Source of the DNA: Chara braunii
Taxonomy: Eukaryota > Plantae > Charophyceae
Direction of reading: 5' to 3'
DNA: 64,000 nucleotides
Assembly: GCA_003427395.1 (NCBI GenBank)
Contig: BFEA01000015.1
Location: 1,852,107 to 1,916,106 of the forward strand
The notes under the pieces: generated by a model
Seen by the model: only the letters and a program-made list of their open reading frames with translations
Database searches by the model: none
Told to the model about the DNA's origin: nothing
Shown: positions 47,401-60,676 of the stretch, piece by piece
Position numbering within the stretch: the first letter of the stretch is position 1
Layout: every line of letters starts with the position of its first letter
Program-made: the position numbers and the translations under genes

Positions 47401-50400
47401 CTATGTTGCACGCTGGCCGCGACCGGTTTCGGCCTAGGCCGCGGCCGCCGGCCTAGGCCATGACCCCCCCAACCGAGGCCAGCCCAGCCGAGTTTTTTCG
47501 GCCTCGGTGTCGGCCGATCTGGGGGGCGGTTTTCGAAGCGGGGAGCAGGTTTGGGGTGGGGGGGTGGGGGGGCACCCCCTCAAAGTGATAGGCCGTCAAA
47601 AAAAAAAAAAACGGGGGGGTCCTACACAAGACCCTGGAAGGGTGGGCCGCGAAAAATCCAGCGTCCCCCGTGTGCAGGTTCGTCGATGCAGGGTCGCAGG
47701 GAGGAGGGTCTGGAACAGTGGGAAAAAAAAAAATAAAAAAAATTGACCCCTGCGGGCAATGCGGGGGCGGCCCAACGTGGGTTGGATGAGGGCCTGGTTG
47801 GGGCGGGCCGTGCGGTCAGGCCGGGTCGAAGCTAGACGGGGCTGCAGATGGCAGACCCCAGGCGGATCAGGGCCTCACGCACTTAAAGGTAGGCGTCGGT
47901 TTCATTCATGAGGGCGATGACAGTTCGTGGCATATTTTAAAACAACACATAAATGGCAATCACAAGTCAAACCTTGTTTGGCATACCAATGTCAAAACAC
48001 ATTGAATATCAATCACAGTGCGGCGAACCACAAGTTTCAAACAATGATAACAGGCAAGTGTGTCATAGTGTGTGTTCACTCGTGAGACTGATGGACATTC
48101 ATTACCACATCATTTATGTAAGAACACATTCATTAGCACATCATCCCTATGTCTCATCTGAAATTAACAACACATTCAAATGGAGGCATCCATGACATGC
48201 AGGTGCGTGGCATCGGAGAAACACATAATTTGCAACAATCACGACAACAGAGCAGAAAACAATCACCAAACAACAGCGACTCAGATGCAAGACCAATGTT
48301 GGTGGAGGAACAAGAACAAGAGCAAATATATGACAAAGCATTTCAATGGAAATGCGTATGTACAAGACTGAAGACAAAAACTCGACCCGTAGTCTCTACT
48401 GTACAACCGAGTAGCAAAAAAAAATTGGACCCATCGTCTCTGCTACACAACAGAGTAGCAAAAAAAAAACTGGACCCGTCGACGGGCGTCGTCTCTACTG
48501 CACAACCAAGTAGCCCAAAAAAAAAGAAAACCCTAATGTCCACATACTGTCGAGTCTGTCGTCGTCTCTATGGAACAACATCGACATAAATATGCAACAA
48601 CCCTGCCGACAGAGCGTCCAGGCCGTACAGCCACGAGAAAAACAAAAAAAAAGTAATGAAACAAAAAAAAAACCACCACGGACGTCGTCATCTCCCACCA
48701 GAGCGCGTGCGGCCTCTCCCGGAGGATGGACGACCATGTGGTCCTCCCCGACGCCCTCCTCTTCCTCCGGCACCTGTGCCCCGTGCCCCGCTGACGTATG
48801 CCGCATGTGCTACAGCGGCCGCCGTGGCCACCTGTGCCCTGTGTCTGCGGGCCGCAGTCTCGATCGGCTCTGACTCAGTGTCTGCGTCCTCGTCCTCCTC
48901 CGCCTGTGCAGCAATCCCCCTCTCTCTCTCCCTCTGAATCGCGTCCAATGCTGCCTGCCCAGCGGCGACCCCTGCAGCGAGTCGAGCCTCAACCTCCGAG
49001 AGGCCATGCTGTCGTCTCGTCCCGGGACGCATCAACAACCCCTCATCGCCCGATGTGAACTGCTCTCCCCGCAGCATGTCCGTGGATGTCCCTGCGGCCT
49101 TTAGGACCAATGATCTCCTCGTCTCCGCTCGTGACAAACCAAGCATGCGGCCTGCCATCTGCAGGCTCGGACGTCCGGACCCACCCTCCGCAGCCTGCGT
49201 CTGAACAGGCGTACGTCCCATGAAGACGCCCCTCCCAGCGTCGTAGTCCGCCCGCAACCGGTCCCCGACCCGACGAACAGCTGACCATCCGCCACCCACA
49301 CCTCCTTGGACTGGCGGCGGGGAACCGCCACTGTGCGCAACTTCGGGTGCCACCGTCCGGTCCCCGGTGTCGACCCTGGCCTCTGGAGTCCGTGCGGGCG
49401 GTGGAGGCATCGATCCTGCACTATCTCTGCCGCCGTCGCTACGTCTCCCGGACCCCACCTCACCCGCACCGGACTCCCTCCCTCTAAACGCCGCTGAGCG
49501 ACGAACCCGACCAGTGAGAGCTCTGCACTGTGAACGGCGGCGGTGAATATACCCTCCCAGGGGCCCGCTGCTTGCCGCTCTTGGGGCTCACATGTGCGAA
49601 AGGGTTATCCGTCAATGCATGCGCCAAAGCGTCGGCATCGAAGAAAGTGTGCGCTGTGTCGTCAGGGCGCAAGGGAGGCACTGTGGGGTCCCTCAACACC
49701 AAGGCGAGCCTATACGCATTGTCCTCGGGACCGTGGTCGTCATCATCATCGCTGTCCGGTCCATTGTCTCTACCGACACCCGCGGTATCCCCATCTCCAC
49801 CGGGTCCACCCTCTCCTCTGCCGCACACTGCGGCACCCTGTCCCTCATCACCCGCGGTCTCGCTATCGCCACGGCCCCCACTAGGGGACCCACCGCCCAT
49901 GACAACATCCTGCCCCTCAGGGACACCCGCGGTCTCCTCGTCGCCGCGTCGTCCACCACCTGACCCACCACCCGTGGCGGCATCCTGCCCCTCATAATCG
50001 AACTCCCCCTAAACTGCCTCCTCAGGGACACCAGAGTCGTCGACGTCACGACTCCCCCCCCCTCCTGTCTCCAAGTCCCTCCGCCGACGCTGCTCGTAGT
50101 AATACGCGAACCGAACCTCCCACTGTGGCAAACTCCTCAGCCGCTCCTCCTCCTCTCGGTCCAAACGGGCATCCCTCTCCTCCTCAGTCTCAACACGGCC
50201 CCGCTCAACGTTCGCGTCTGTGCGCTCCTCCTTCTGTGAGGTACGTCGACGTCCCTCGACACTGAAATCTCCCAAGCTCCCACCAAGCCCTACGACGTCG
50301 AAGTCCTGTGTGCGGAGCACCGACGGCTAGCGGGGGCGGATACCGGCGTCGGAAGGAGTCCTCTCCCCCCCACGATCCTCGCCGTCATGTGTCCGGTCTC

Positions 50401-53400
50401 TGCCTGCTGCCGACGCCAACCTTTCCGAACGCCTAAGTGCCTCGGGCTTTGCAGAGATCGGATGATGGGAGGGAGAGAAGCCACGATCGCGAAGGGGCAC
50501 CTCCTCATCCTCGACCTCCCCCTCGACCTCGCTGTCGCTCCTAACCTCCCAACGGCTGCCTGTCTGCTGAAGACCTCCCCATGGCTGCTGCTCCCCCGAG
50601 TCGTCCACGCGAACCTCCGCATGCGAACGTCCTCCACGACGATCGCCGGCTCTGCTGCTGCCACTCGCGTGCGCGGTCGACGACACATCACCAGTGATAA
50701 CTGATGTGAATGAATCCATGCCGTCACGACCCCCACCGTAAGTGAAGTACACTCGCTCAGCCGTCGGGTCGCGACTTAGCGGCGTGTCATCATCGTCAGT
50801 CCAGTTATCGTTGATGTCGTCGTCTGCCGCAGCAGCGTCCACATCATCCCCACCCTCCGGCTACGGTCGCAGCTCTGTCGCTCTGCTGCCGAACACGTCC
50901 CGAACCGAACGGGCTCTGGACGGTCGGCTGTCACGGAAAGCGACAATCTGCCGGTGGATCTCCTGCTCGAGAACACTGCCATCAGGTCGCGCTCCCCACA
51001 CCTCGGGCTCCACATCTCCCTCCTCATCCTCCTCCTCTGCCGCCGTCCCCCCCCGACCGGTCCCCATAACCCATGGCAACACATAGCCACCACCTTGACA
51101 TGCGCACGAGGCCAGTTTGAGATTGGTGGCAATCTCAACCAGCTGTGCAAGCTTGGCGAACCCAAGCGTGCAGCGCCTCGCCGTGCTGACGCGCTCGTGC
51201 TCCGCCCAGTTCCTCTCCGCTGGAGAGGCAGACGTCCACAAGTGCATGACACGGATGGCGATGGTGCGCAACTCCGGGTGGGCACGTCCCTGCTCAAACC
51301 ACCATGCTGCACATCGCTCGGTCTCGCTGTCCTCCCTGCAATCGGCCGCCTCGGCATCGGAGAGGTCACGATCTCCCCAATCCCCTCGCCTCGAGTGGAA
51401 CACCCTCATCTGGTCCCTCACGCTCCTGTACAATAAGCCGACCGGATCGCCGCCGGTCTGCGCTAGGAGAAATTTGTTGCACTCCTCGACCACACGGCGG
51501 TCGTCGGCGGTCGTCTGCAGCGAATGGTAATACGTGAGGGACCGTCGACGAGGGTTGAGGAGGTGGGCCGCGGCATGTGCGGGCTCTAGCATGTGGAGGN
51601 TGNGGATNGCAACCTCACGCACGCACGNCTCGATCATGTCCTCCGNCACGTCCACCCTCCTCATCAANTGCAGNAGANGCTGACTCCACTCGTAAANNAC
51701 GGACATCATCATCCCACCTCTATCCATNCTGCGCAACAGCNGGTGGACGGGCGACATGACTAGGATGGCGTACTGGACACGCTGCCAAAACTCCCCGTCC
51801 CGGATCTGCTGCTGCACCCACTGCGCCTGAGATACGTGGGCGCGATCCCACGGGATGCGTGCCCAAGCATCCCCGTGCAACATGCTCTCCAACGTGTCTC
51901 GTCGGCCTTTGAGACACGTCAGCATCAGGAAAATCGATGCAAACCGTGTCTCAATGGGCTCGACGAGCTGAACGTGAGGGCCCACCTTCCTAAACAGGGT
52001 GTGAGCAGCGCCGTGCGATTTAATAAATCGCACAAGCGTTCGAGCGCGGATGATGGTCTCCTTGACCCACACCACTCGCGTCCCGATATCTGACAACATC
52101 AAGTTGCAGACATGGGTGGAGCAGGGGAGCCAAGTGATCCTCCTGATGTCAGGCTCGGGTTCTGCGGCAAACCTGCGCGCTGCCGCCGTATAATTACTGA
52201 CGGAGTCTGTGTAGAAGCCGATCACGTCCTTTGCAGGAAAGGACAAGATGATGACCCGCCACCTACGGTACACGACGTCCGCTGTGTCTCGGACCGACCC
52301 GTCACGTGCGACGGTGGCGGACAGCAGGGCGCCATTGGCGCCCCCGACGAGGAAGTTCACGAGCGGCTTGCCGCTGCGCGACTTCCTCCCGTCAGAAAGG
52401 ATAGTGGCACCGCTGTTTTGGAAAGTGGCGCGCACCTCGCTCATCATCGTCGCCACCTTCGCCCTCTGCGAAGGGATACCGGCGCCCGCTGTAACCTTGT
52501 CGGAGGGAAACCGGAACTGGATAAAGCGAGGCACTCTCTCTGCTGCCTGCCGCACCCTCTGGAACTTCGGACCACGGAAGGTGTTGAATGGCAACTTCTT
52601 CACGTAGATCCACTGAAGCCACGCGTATGTGAACTCGACCAACTTCTCCCTGGCGTACATCTCGTCAATCGTGGTCTGCCGAGCCCTCTTCTCCCTGCCC
52701 GTGTCTGACACCTCGACGCCAGCCTGCCTCACTGTCCTCTTCTCCCTCCTCCCGCGGTCCAACTCAGGTCGCGGCGCCCTAGGAGGGGGACCCGCTCCAC
52801 CAACGCCTCTCGACGTCATCGCCACCTCCTCCCCTGGCAGATCAGGCTCTCTGACTGCCTCGTCTGCCTCATCTGCCACCCCCCCCTCCCTGGCCCCACC
52901 CTCGCGGCCCTCCTCCTCATCGAGGGCGTCCTGAATGTCGTCCCTCTCTGCGTCCTCCATCCGTTGTCTCAAGCCACCAGCGGGCGCTCTCGTGTCCCGT
53001 ATGCCCTCGTCTGCCATCCACCTCTGCACCCGCTGAGCAGTGGACGACACAAATGTGTAGTCCGTGTCGTTCCAAAGTTCCGCAAGAACTCTCATCCCCC
53101 CAGCCTTGCAGAACTTCGACTGCGTGAAATGACGCGCGGCCTTCGACGACCCCCCCTGAAACAGGTGGCCGCATAAGTTGCAATGCAACTTTCGGNNNNN
53201 NNNNNNNNNNNNNNNNNNNNNNNNNNNNNNNNNNNNNNNNNNNNNNNNNNNNNNNNNNNNNNNNNNNNNNNNNNNNNNNNNNNNNNNNNNNNNNNNNNNN
53301 NNNNNNNNNNNNNNNNNNNNNNNNNNNNNNNNNNNNNNNNNNNNNNNNNNNNNNNNNNNNNNNNNNNNNNNNNNNNNNNNNNNNNNNNNNNNNNNNNNNN

Positions 53401-54011
53401 NNNNNNNNNNNNNNNNNNNNNNNNNNNNNNNNNNNNNNNNNNNNNNNNNNNNNNNNNNNNNNNNNNNNNNNNNNNNNNNNNNNNNNNNNNNNNNNNNNNN
53501 NNNNNNNNNNNNNNNNNNNNNNNNNNNNNNNNNNNNNNNNNNNNNNNNNNNNNNNNNNNNNNNNNNNNNNNNNNNNNNNNNNNNNNNNNNNNNNNNNNNN
53601 NNNNNNNNNNNNNNNNNNNNNNNNNNNNNNNNNNNNNNNNNNNNNNNNNNNNNNNNNNNNNNNNNNNNNNNNNNNNNNNNNNNNNNNNNNNNNNNNNNNN
53701 NNNNNNNNNNNNNNNNNNNNNNNNNNNNNNNNNNNNNNNNNNNNNNNNNNNNNNNNNNNNNNNNNNNNNNNNNNNNNNNNNNNNNNNNNNNNNNNNNNNN
53801 NNNNNNNNNNNNNNNNNNNNNNNNNNNNNNNNNNNNNNNNNNNNNNNNNNNNNNNNNNNNNNNNNNNNNNNNNNNNNNNNNNNNNNNNNNNNNNNNNNNN
53901 NNNNNNNNNNNNNNNNNNNNNNNNNNNNNNNNNNNNNNNNNNNNNNNNNNNNNNNNNNNNNNNNNNNNNNNNNNNNNNNNNNNNNNNNNNNNNNNNNNNN
54001 NNNNNNNNNNN

Positions 54012-54056
<45 letters not shown>

Positions 54057-54526
54057 AGTGGCGAGCAGGCATTTCGGCAGCATAACGGCAACAGCAACAA
54101 CTGTTGCCATTTCAGTTAAATGGTAGCATTTATCTGAAACTACAACAGTTTTGTCATGGCCTGGGCCTGGACCCACGACCCTCCCCGCACTGCCCACTGC
54201 CCACACGGTGCCCCTCACTCGGTGGCACCGAAACAGGGCCAAAATGGCCCNCCGGGCCTTTTTTTTTTTTTCTGTTTTTTTTTTTTCTGCGCCGCGCCGA
54301 AGGTCGGACACCCAAAAAAAAAATATGGGAGTGTAGGGCTTTTCCAGCCCTACACGCCCATATATATATATATGTATATTTATTTTTTTTTACACGTAAA
54401 AAATGGGAAAAACAATTAATGTACCGATCTCGGCAGGTCGGCCTGGGCCGAACCGGGCCGATTCGGTCATCGGCCTAGGCCGCGGCCGATTCGGACCCCC
54501 CGGCCGCGGCTGGGTGTGCAACATAG
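47401..54526 (-). mobile_element. Full-length hAT DNA transposon
   Basis: Perfect 11-bp TIR CTATGTTGCAC / GTGCAACATAG. 8-bp TSD AACGGGAG (47393-47400, 54527-54534). GC-rich subterminal GGCCTAGGCC/CGGCCG repeats. Confidence 0.95.
48688..53195 (-). pseudogene. hAT transposase (BED finger, DUF659-type core, dimerisation domain) with long low-complexity C-terminal extension; N-terminus lies in a gap
   Basis: CNLC...RHF; ATILSDGRK, YTDS, WLPCSTH, ETRF, AAHLLNP, SASPAERNW. ORFs 50327-50842, 50009-50320 and 49484-49900 continue in the same frame past single TAG stops, then one frameshift leads to 48688-49458. Confidence 0.88.
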
Positions 54527-55504
54527 AACGGGAGGGCTTTTGATGGGTGACGGGCGTAAGCGGGGTTCGGGTGGGCAAATTGCATGGATACCCTCGCTTC
54601 CTTTTCGTTTTTGTTGGAATTCGTTGGGCTGGCGTCGGGAAAGCCCCGCGCCGACGATTGGATGGCTGCGCCATGAGGGGCGCAAGAAATAACTGTACCA
54701 TAGCTTCTTCCTTGTTCTGCTGTGAGCATTAAGAATTTTGGCGTGATTAGCGCGCGAGAATTTTTATTTTTGAATTTTTAACTGATGTCGAGCCCCCGCG
54801 GGCTTTCGAAATTGTTTTTCTTTTCGGAATTTCCTTTTGCAATTAGGATTTAAACTAGAAATTTAGGTACTCTGAATTTTTCCGCGCAGCGTTCGCACGC
54901 ATCTTGTGGCGCGGGGAACTGGGTTCTGACTGGATCGTGCCTTTAATCTTGTGCAACTGTCGTTTTTGGCGGGCGTGATCGTAACCGTAATCCTTCTTCT
55001 TTCTTGGTTCTCCTGTGTTGCCCGCCTTCTTCTTCTTCTTTCTCGTCTCGCATGCTCTGTTCTAACTGGCCGAAGCGCCTGCATGACCGGATCGATGCGT
55101 GGAGAGTGGCTACGACCCCCGCGCCGCGGCCTGGCCATGCGGACGTAGTCACTTCCTTTCTTCTCTTCTTGTCCATCTGGGCTTAATCCCATACCTTTCG
55201 CGCATGCATGCATGCTATAAATTTCGCAAGCGCGATTAGTTTGCTCTCTAAGAATTTCGAGGTTAGCGAGATCATTGAGGGTCGGCTAACGAGCAAGTTT
55301 GGAAGGAGAGTGAGCGTGAGAGTTGGGCGATCCGACGACCTGGTGTCGGGTATGCGGGGTTGACGTGCGGGGCCGCGACAGATTGTGGCGCACGGGCGAA
55401 CCTGGCTTGCATGCTTGATTCAAGCGGGGTGACAACTCTGTGTGGATACGCGACGACGGACTGCCGGTATCATGGGTGTTGATGCGAGGCGGCGGACTGC
55501 CCGC

Positions 55505-55565
<61 letters not shown>

Positions 55566-55823
55566 NNNNNNNNNNNNNNNNNNNNNNNNNNNNNNNNNNN
55601 NNNNNNNNNNNNNNNNNNNNNNNNNNNNNNNNNNNNNNNNNNNNNNNNNNNNNNNNNNNNNNNNNNNNNNNNNNNNNNNNNNNNNNNNNNNNNNNNNNNN
55701 NNNNNNNNNNNNNNNNNNNNNNNNNNNNNNNNNNNNNNNNNNNNNNNNNNNNNNNNNNNNNNNNNNNNNNNNNNNNNNNNNNNNNNNNNNNNNNNNNNNN
55801 NNNNNNNNNNNNNNNNNNNNNNN

Positions 55824-55877
<54 letters not shown>

Positions 55878-56754
55878 TGGTGTGGGTGTGGGATAAAGCT
55901 TCTTTTTGTTGTTCCTTTCATTTTCCTCTGTTCACCTGTAGAATTTTGGATTCTGATATGGCCGATCTTTATCACGGCCCTTCTCTTTTGAACCTCTCTT
56001 GTACATCATCTCGGATTTTCCTTGTTGTTTTGCTCGGTATGTGTGCATAGAATGAATGTAGGTTCTCTTTTGTTAGCGATCTGTTCGATCTGTTTTACGA
56101 TGCCTGTGTTGACTCTGACCAGTATTCGCCTGCATGAGCTATGCGATCAGGCCTAATTGGGAAAAACTCACTTTGGACGTCTGAAGTCTATCTGTCGATT
56201 ATCCCCTCATTCCTCCTTTTTGCGTCACATGTATGGCATGTAGTGATTGGTAGGATATTTGCACTTATGGTTGACCGGCACACGGAACCCATCGGTTGTT
56301 CCTTACGTGCACACGTGCGTACGTTCGTGATCTCGAGAGAGCCGAGTCGCCACGTACGCACTCGCCCGCGTAAGCCAGCCTTAACCTCGTGTAAGGATGT
56401 GGGGGATGCGGCTTTCTAAACAGACAGGGCTGCAAGATCTCCTTCCTGGGCGTCCGACTACGAAAGTCTGAGGGACCCGGAATATCGTGAGTATTGGGAA
56501 GGCGAACAACTCAGACAATGGGGAAATTCAAGGTATCCGGAATTCCCTTGCCTAACAGAAAACGATCGATTATGCGCCAGGGATTTTCACTGTGCCATAA
56601 CTAGCCGTGGCCAAAAAATACACTCCAGACACGTCGCTGGCTCTAGAGGCACAGCATGGCCGCGTAGTGACGGCCCCGACCAGACTCGCCGACCACTGCC
56701 GCTCGACCACGCCGCTGGCTCTAGCAGGGTGCTAGCGAAGTCGTGGTATATGTA

Positions 56755-57227
56755 GTCAAACAGAGCTGCCCGGTAAACCGTAGGCAGAGAGGGAGAAGAG
56801 GACAACAAACGAGGGGCTGTGGCAAACTGTTTTGTGGGAGTTTCACCGACTCATCAGGAGGCTGAACCCTCAACAGTCTGCAGAATCCCCTAACTGATTA
56901 CACTGTAAGTGATAATAGACCTTAACCCCAGCTGTGGTTTAGCATCAACGACCGCCCTACAATATATATATATATATCGTCAAATAGAACTGCCCGGTAA
57001 ACCGTAGGCAGAGAGGGAGTATATATATGAAACTCCGACGAAACAGTTTGCCACAGCCCCTCGTTTGTTGCGTCCTCTTCTCCCTCTCTGCCTACGGTTT
57101 ACCCGGCAGCTCTGTTTGACTATATATATATATATATATATATCGTCAAATAGAACTGCCCGGTAAACCGTAGGCAGAGAGGGAGAAGAGGACAACAAAC
57201 GAGGGGCTGTGACAATATATATATATA
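56755..57227. repeat. Direct and inverted copies of a ~90-bp unit separated by (TA)n; probable Penelope-like pLTR remnants
   Basis: Unit GTCAAA(C/T)AGA(G/A)CTGCCCGGTAAACCGTAGGCAGAGAGGGAG... at 56755 (+), 56979 (+, partial), 57028-57120 (inverted) and 57145 (+). Each is bordered by a TA or TA-like run. The unit includes the 3' half of the hammerhead. Confidence 0.75.
56822..56881 (-). ncRNA. Type III hammerhead ribozyme (decayed copy)
   Basis: Minus strand: GCAGACTG-TT-GAGG(GTTCAG)CCTC-CTGATGA-GTCGG(TGAAACT)CCcAC-aAAAC-AGTTTGC. The sister copy at 57028-57051 keeps the canonical CCGAC-GAAAC. Confidence 0.85.
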
Positions 57228-57289
57228 TGTTTTCTCGGAAAAAAAAAAAAAAAAAAAAAACGCCGACGACAACTCCCCGTCCTCACTCA

Positions 57290-57660
57290 TCGAGTTACAC
57301 CTCCTCTCACTCACCACACCTAAAAAAGAATCCCTATGGGCCTCGCTCCACCACTCTCGAAATGTGCAAAACGATACACCGCCATGATTTTTGTCTTTTG
57401 TGCATGTCGAGAGTAGTGGAGCGACGCCCTACCACAACCAACTCGTCCTCGGTGACTTGCACCTCACCTCACTCACCACACCTCCCTCAAAAATAACGCC
57501 TGTGACAACTCGTCCTCGTTGACTTGCACCTCACCTCACGCAGCACCCCTCTCACTGGAAGCACACCTCTCGCTGGAAGTGTAGTGAGTGAGGTGAGGTG
57601 AGTGAGGTGAGGTGTAAGTCGGCGTTATTTTCGAGGTGCGCTGAGTGAGGTGAGGTGTAA
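57290..57660. repeat. CCTCA/TGAGG pentamer-rich repeats in opposing orientation
   Basis: CACCTCACCTCACTCACC at about 57300, 57460 and 57527, and GTGAGTGAGGTGAGGTG at about 57584-57657. Confidence 0.6.
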
Positions 57661-58010
57661 TTCCCCTCTCCCTCAATGCCATTCTCTGCGGGCAACACAA
57701 CACACACCAACACAATAGCAAACGTGCCATGCATTTGTGCATTCGCGATGCGACACCTCCACCTCGGCCTCCTCGTCACCCTCCTTGCGTCTCTTCTCCT
57801 AGTTCCTTCCGGCGCTGTAGGCCTCGCTGCACCACTCACCAAACGCGCAAAGCAAACTGAGAAATGAATAGGGCCCAGAACGTGGAAAGATACGGCGCCA
57901 TAAGTCTTGCCTTTTCTGCATTTGGTGAGTGCGGCGGCGAGACCCCGCGTCCCACTAGCGGGGGGTTACTCTTTGGTTTTCATGTGGTTCATCCCTGACC
58001 TGCTTGTCGG

Positions 58011-58043
<33 letters not shown>

Positions 58044-59592
58044 ATTTATTACATTGGAAACCATTGTTGGCTCATTTACCCGCTGGCTTTCCACCCGATT
58101 AGCTGTCATTGGGCCTCGCTTCACTACTCTCCAAATGTGCAAAATGGGACTGAATCCAGCAGTAAACATGGAAACATACATTGCCATCTTTTTGTCTTTG
58201 GTGCATGTGGAGAGTAGTGCAGCGAGGCCCATCCCCTCCAGCTCCACCTCCTTCCCCTCCCCCTCCCCCCCCGCCTTCCACCTTCTGCCCCTCCTCTTCC
58301 TTCTGATAACTTCAACTTCGCTTTCCGTGCCGGCTTGCAAGAGGCCGATGACGTCGACAGCCGTGCGCAGAACGCCGGGCTGGGCGCCACTTCTCCGCGC
58401 TACTCGTGTCGAATACGACGAAACGAAAGAAACCGAAAGACAAATAAACATACAAGTTCCGTCTCTATTTCTAAAAAAAAAAAAAAAAAAAAAGTATTTA
58501 TTTCTGTTTTTTTTTGTAAGAAAAAGTGAAGATAGTATCTATTGCCCTTTTTATAAAAAATGGACGGTTGGATGAATTGGACGCTTTTAATCTCCCTTGT
58601 CGCTTACAGTCACACAGGGTCAAAAACCCCAAGTTGAACTAGCTCAACGGAGCTAGTGGGACGTGGTCCCGGGCCCGTCTTTGGACCTCGCTACAGTTCT
58701 CACGGAAAAAGTGCAAAATGAGAATGAATCTTCCCCGGAACATGGGAAGATACACCAGCATATGTTTTGTCGTTTGTGCATGTGGTGAGTAGTGGAGCGA
58801 GGCCATTTGTCAGCGGTGAGAAGTCCACTGAAAAAAAAAAGAAGAATGCATCACCTCACGTGTAGGCCAATTGAGGGCCTCGCCACACGAGTCTTTTTTT
58901 TTTTTTTTTTTCCGCCACACGACTCTCGGAATGTGAAAAAGACAAAAACTTGGCTGGTGCATCTGGCCATGTTCTTGCGGGAAGTCCATTCTCATTTTGC
59001 ACATTTCGAGAGTGATGTGGCGAGGCCTTGAATGTCACCCGTGAAGATGGACTCCTCTCAATGGTTGGCATTCAGTTGACGGCACACATGGGAGTACCGG
59101 AACTTCCAGCACTGCAAACACCAAATGCGCAAAATCGTGAATGCATCTGTCGTTAGAACATGGAAACATGCGGCCTCCATAATTTATTGTCTCCGTAGTT
59201 TTTGTCGTTTTCATATTTGGTTGGTGCCCTGTCTTCCAACTGTCACCACTGCCGCGGTAGCGGTGAAGCACCAATCGCCCCGGTAGATGTCCAGCTTGCC
59301 CGGACTCCTACCGGCTTCCCCTGAATGGACAGTGCACTCTAATCGTGCATGTATACAGACCATGTGTCCCCTCGAAATACGGACATATTGAGGGCTCATC
59401 GTGTTCAGGGGATGACGATAGTTTATGGCCGGATGCCACAGCTGCTATGGGCCTCGCTCCACTACACAACACTGTACAGGCATTTGGACTATTGAGGGAC
59501 CAGGTGCATTCGTACGATTCCAAAGTTGTGAATGTATTCGGGCAAGAAAGCGTCCAAATGCATGTACAGCGTTGTGTAGTGGAGCGAGGCCC
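57338..59592. mobile_element. Cluster of six GGGCCTCGC-family MITEs
   Basis: 57338-57429, about 57820-57945, 58111-58230, 58683-58805, 58875-59028 (TSD TGA) and 59449-59592 (TSD TAT). Confidence 0.8.
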
Positions 59593-60643
59593 TATGTTGG
59601 AGCCCTGGAAAATGCAAGGTGAGTATTCACCTGCTAGCCGGATTTTCTTTTCCCTCTTCTCAAATCCTAGGTGGCTGTGCCTGTAACCCACCCCTCTTCT
59701 CAAATCCTAGGTGGCTGTGCCTGTAACCCACAGGTAGACCCCTAGTAGGATACTTTTCGACGGGTCTTGAGGAGTGGAGGTACCAGGCGAGTTGTGGTAG
59801 TGCTCTTGAACCTGCGCCGTTCTCGTACATTGCGCTGTTCTCCCTCGAACTTCACCGGTGTCGGTGGGAATACCCTTACAAGGGTATCCGCCCTGGTTTT
59901 TGCAAGCGATAGAAATTAAGTTGGTTTAAAGTTTAAGTATACCGCATGAGGCGCGGCTGTGTCTGTAGTTTACGTTGACTGGACTATTGACTAGAGCAGA
60001 GAGTGTGTGGGTGCGCAGGCTTGAGGCGCGCGTGATTTTATTTGTTGATGATTGAAGAACCGGCGTGATTGCCGGCCCAATTATTATTTCTGATTAAGTT
60101 AGGATTAAAAAGATTTTGTCTCCTGATTGGTGTGCTTACCTGAGACCTGTGCATACGTGCGGAGAACGACATCGACAACGAGGTGGCCTTGAAGTGTTTT
60201 CAGTAGATTTGCGTGTTGATTAGTCCTGTTTATTTAGGTGACTGTTAATATTCAACTTAGCCTTGGGCCTAGCACAATTGGTTGCAGCATCAAACTTTCA
60301 TCAGAGAGGTTTAAGGATTGATACCAACAAGCGAAGGTGTTGGAGCGTTGGAACAGCGTGAAGGGGACCATTCCCATGGTTTTTATAGGGAAGTTTTTTT
60401 CCCTTTCCTTCGTCGTGCGGTTCTTCCTTTTAGCTTTTATTATTACAAGGGGACGCACCGCGGCGACGCCGCGGCAGTTGAGGGTGAAAGGAGCAGTGAG
60501 CACAGAGGAAAGGAGGGAGGAGGAGCAGGGGAAGGGGTGGGGACGGGAGGAAAAAAGGTCGGTGGCAAAGAGGCGGGGGAAGGCGAAATAGGCGGAACTG
60601 GTTCTTTGTTTGTTTCACAAAAAAGAACAGGCCAAGCAATGCT

Positions 60644-60676
<33 letters not shown>

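Larger units (their letters stand above)
47337..56590 (+). mobile_element. 5' leader plus ORF0 start of another TGTGACG-family member, split by the hAT insertion (parts 47337-47400 and 54535-56590)
   Basis: Starts TGTGACGAACT. 54580-56310 is collinear with 16850-18160. 56440-56590 encodes SLRDPEYREYWE...PEFPCLTEN. Confidence 0.8.

Noticed and set aside
56755-57660. CRISPR-like or telomeric array
   Set aside because: The context is eukaryotic, orientations are mixed, there are no unique spacers of constant length, and no canonical telomere motif is present.
59657-59730. ~39-bp tandem duplication
   Set aside because: It is an ordinary two-copy local slippage duplication with no further structure.
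59985-60100. Candidate Helitron 3' end (CTAG plus hairpin)
   Set aside because: The hairpin near ACTAG at 59990 is weak, and the good hairpin (CCGGC-GTGATT-GCCGG) has a CTRR only on the wrong strand.
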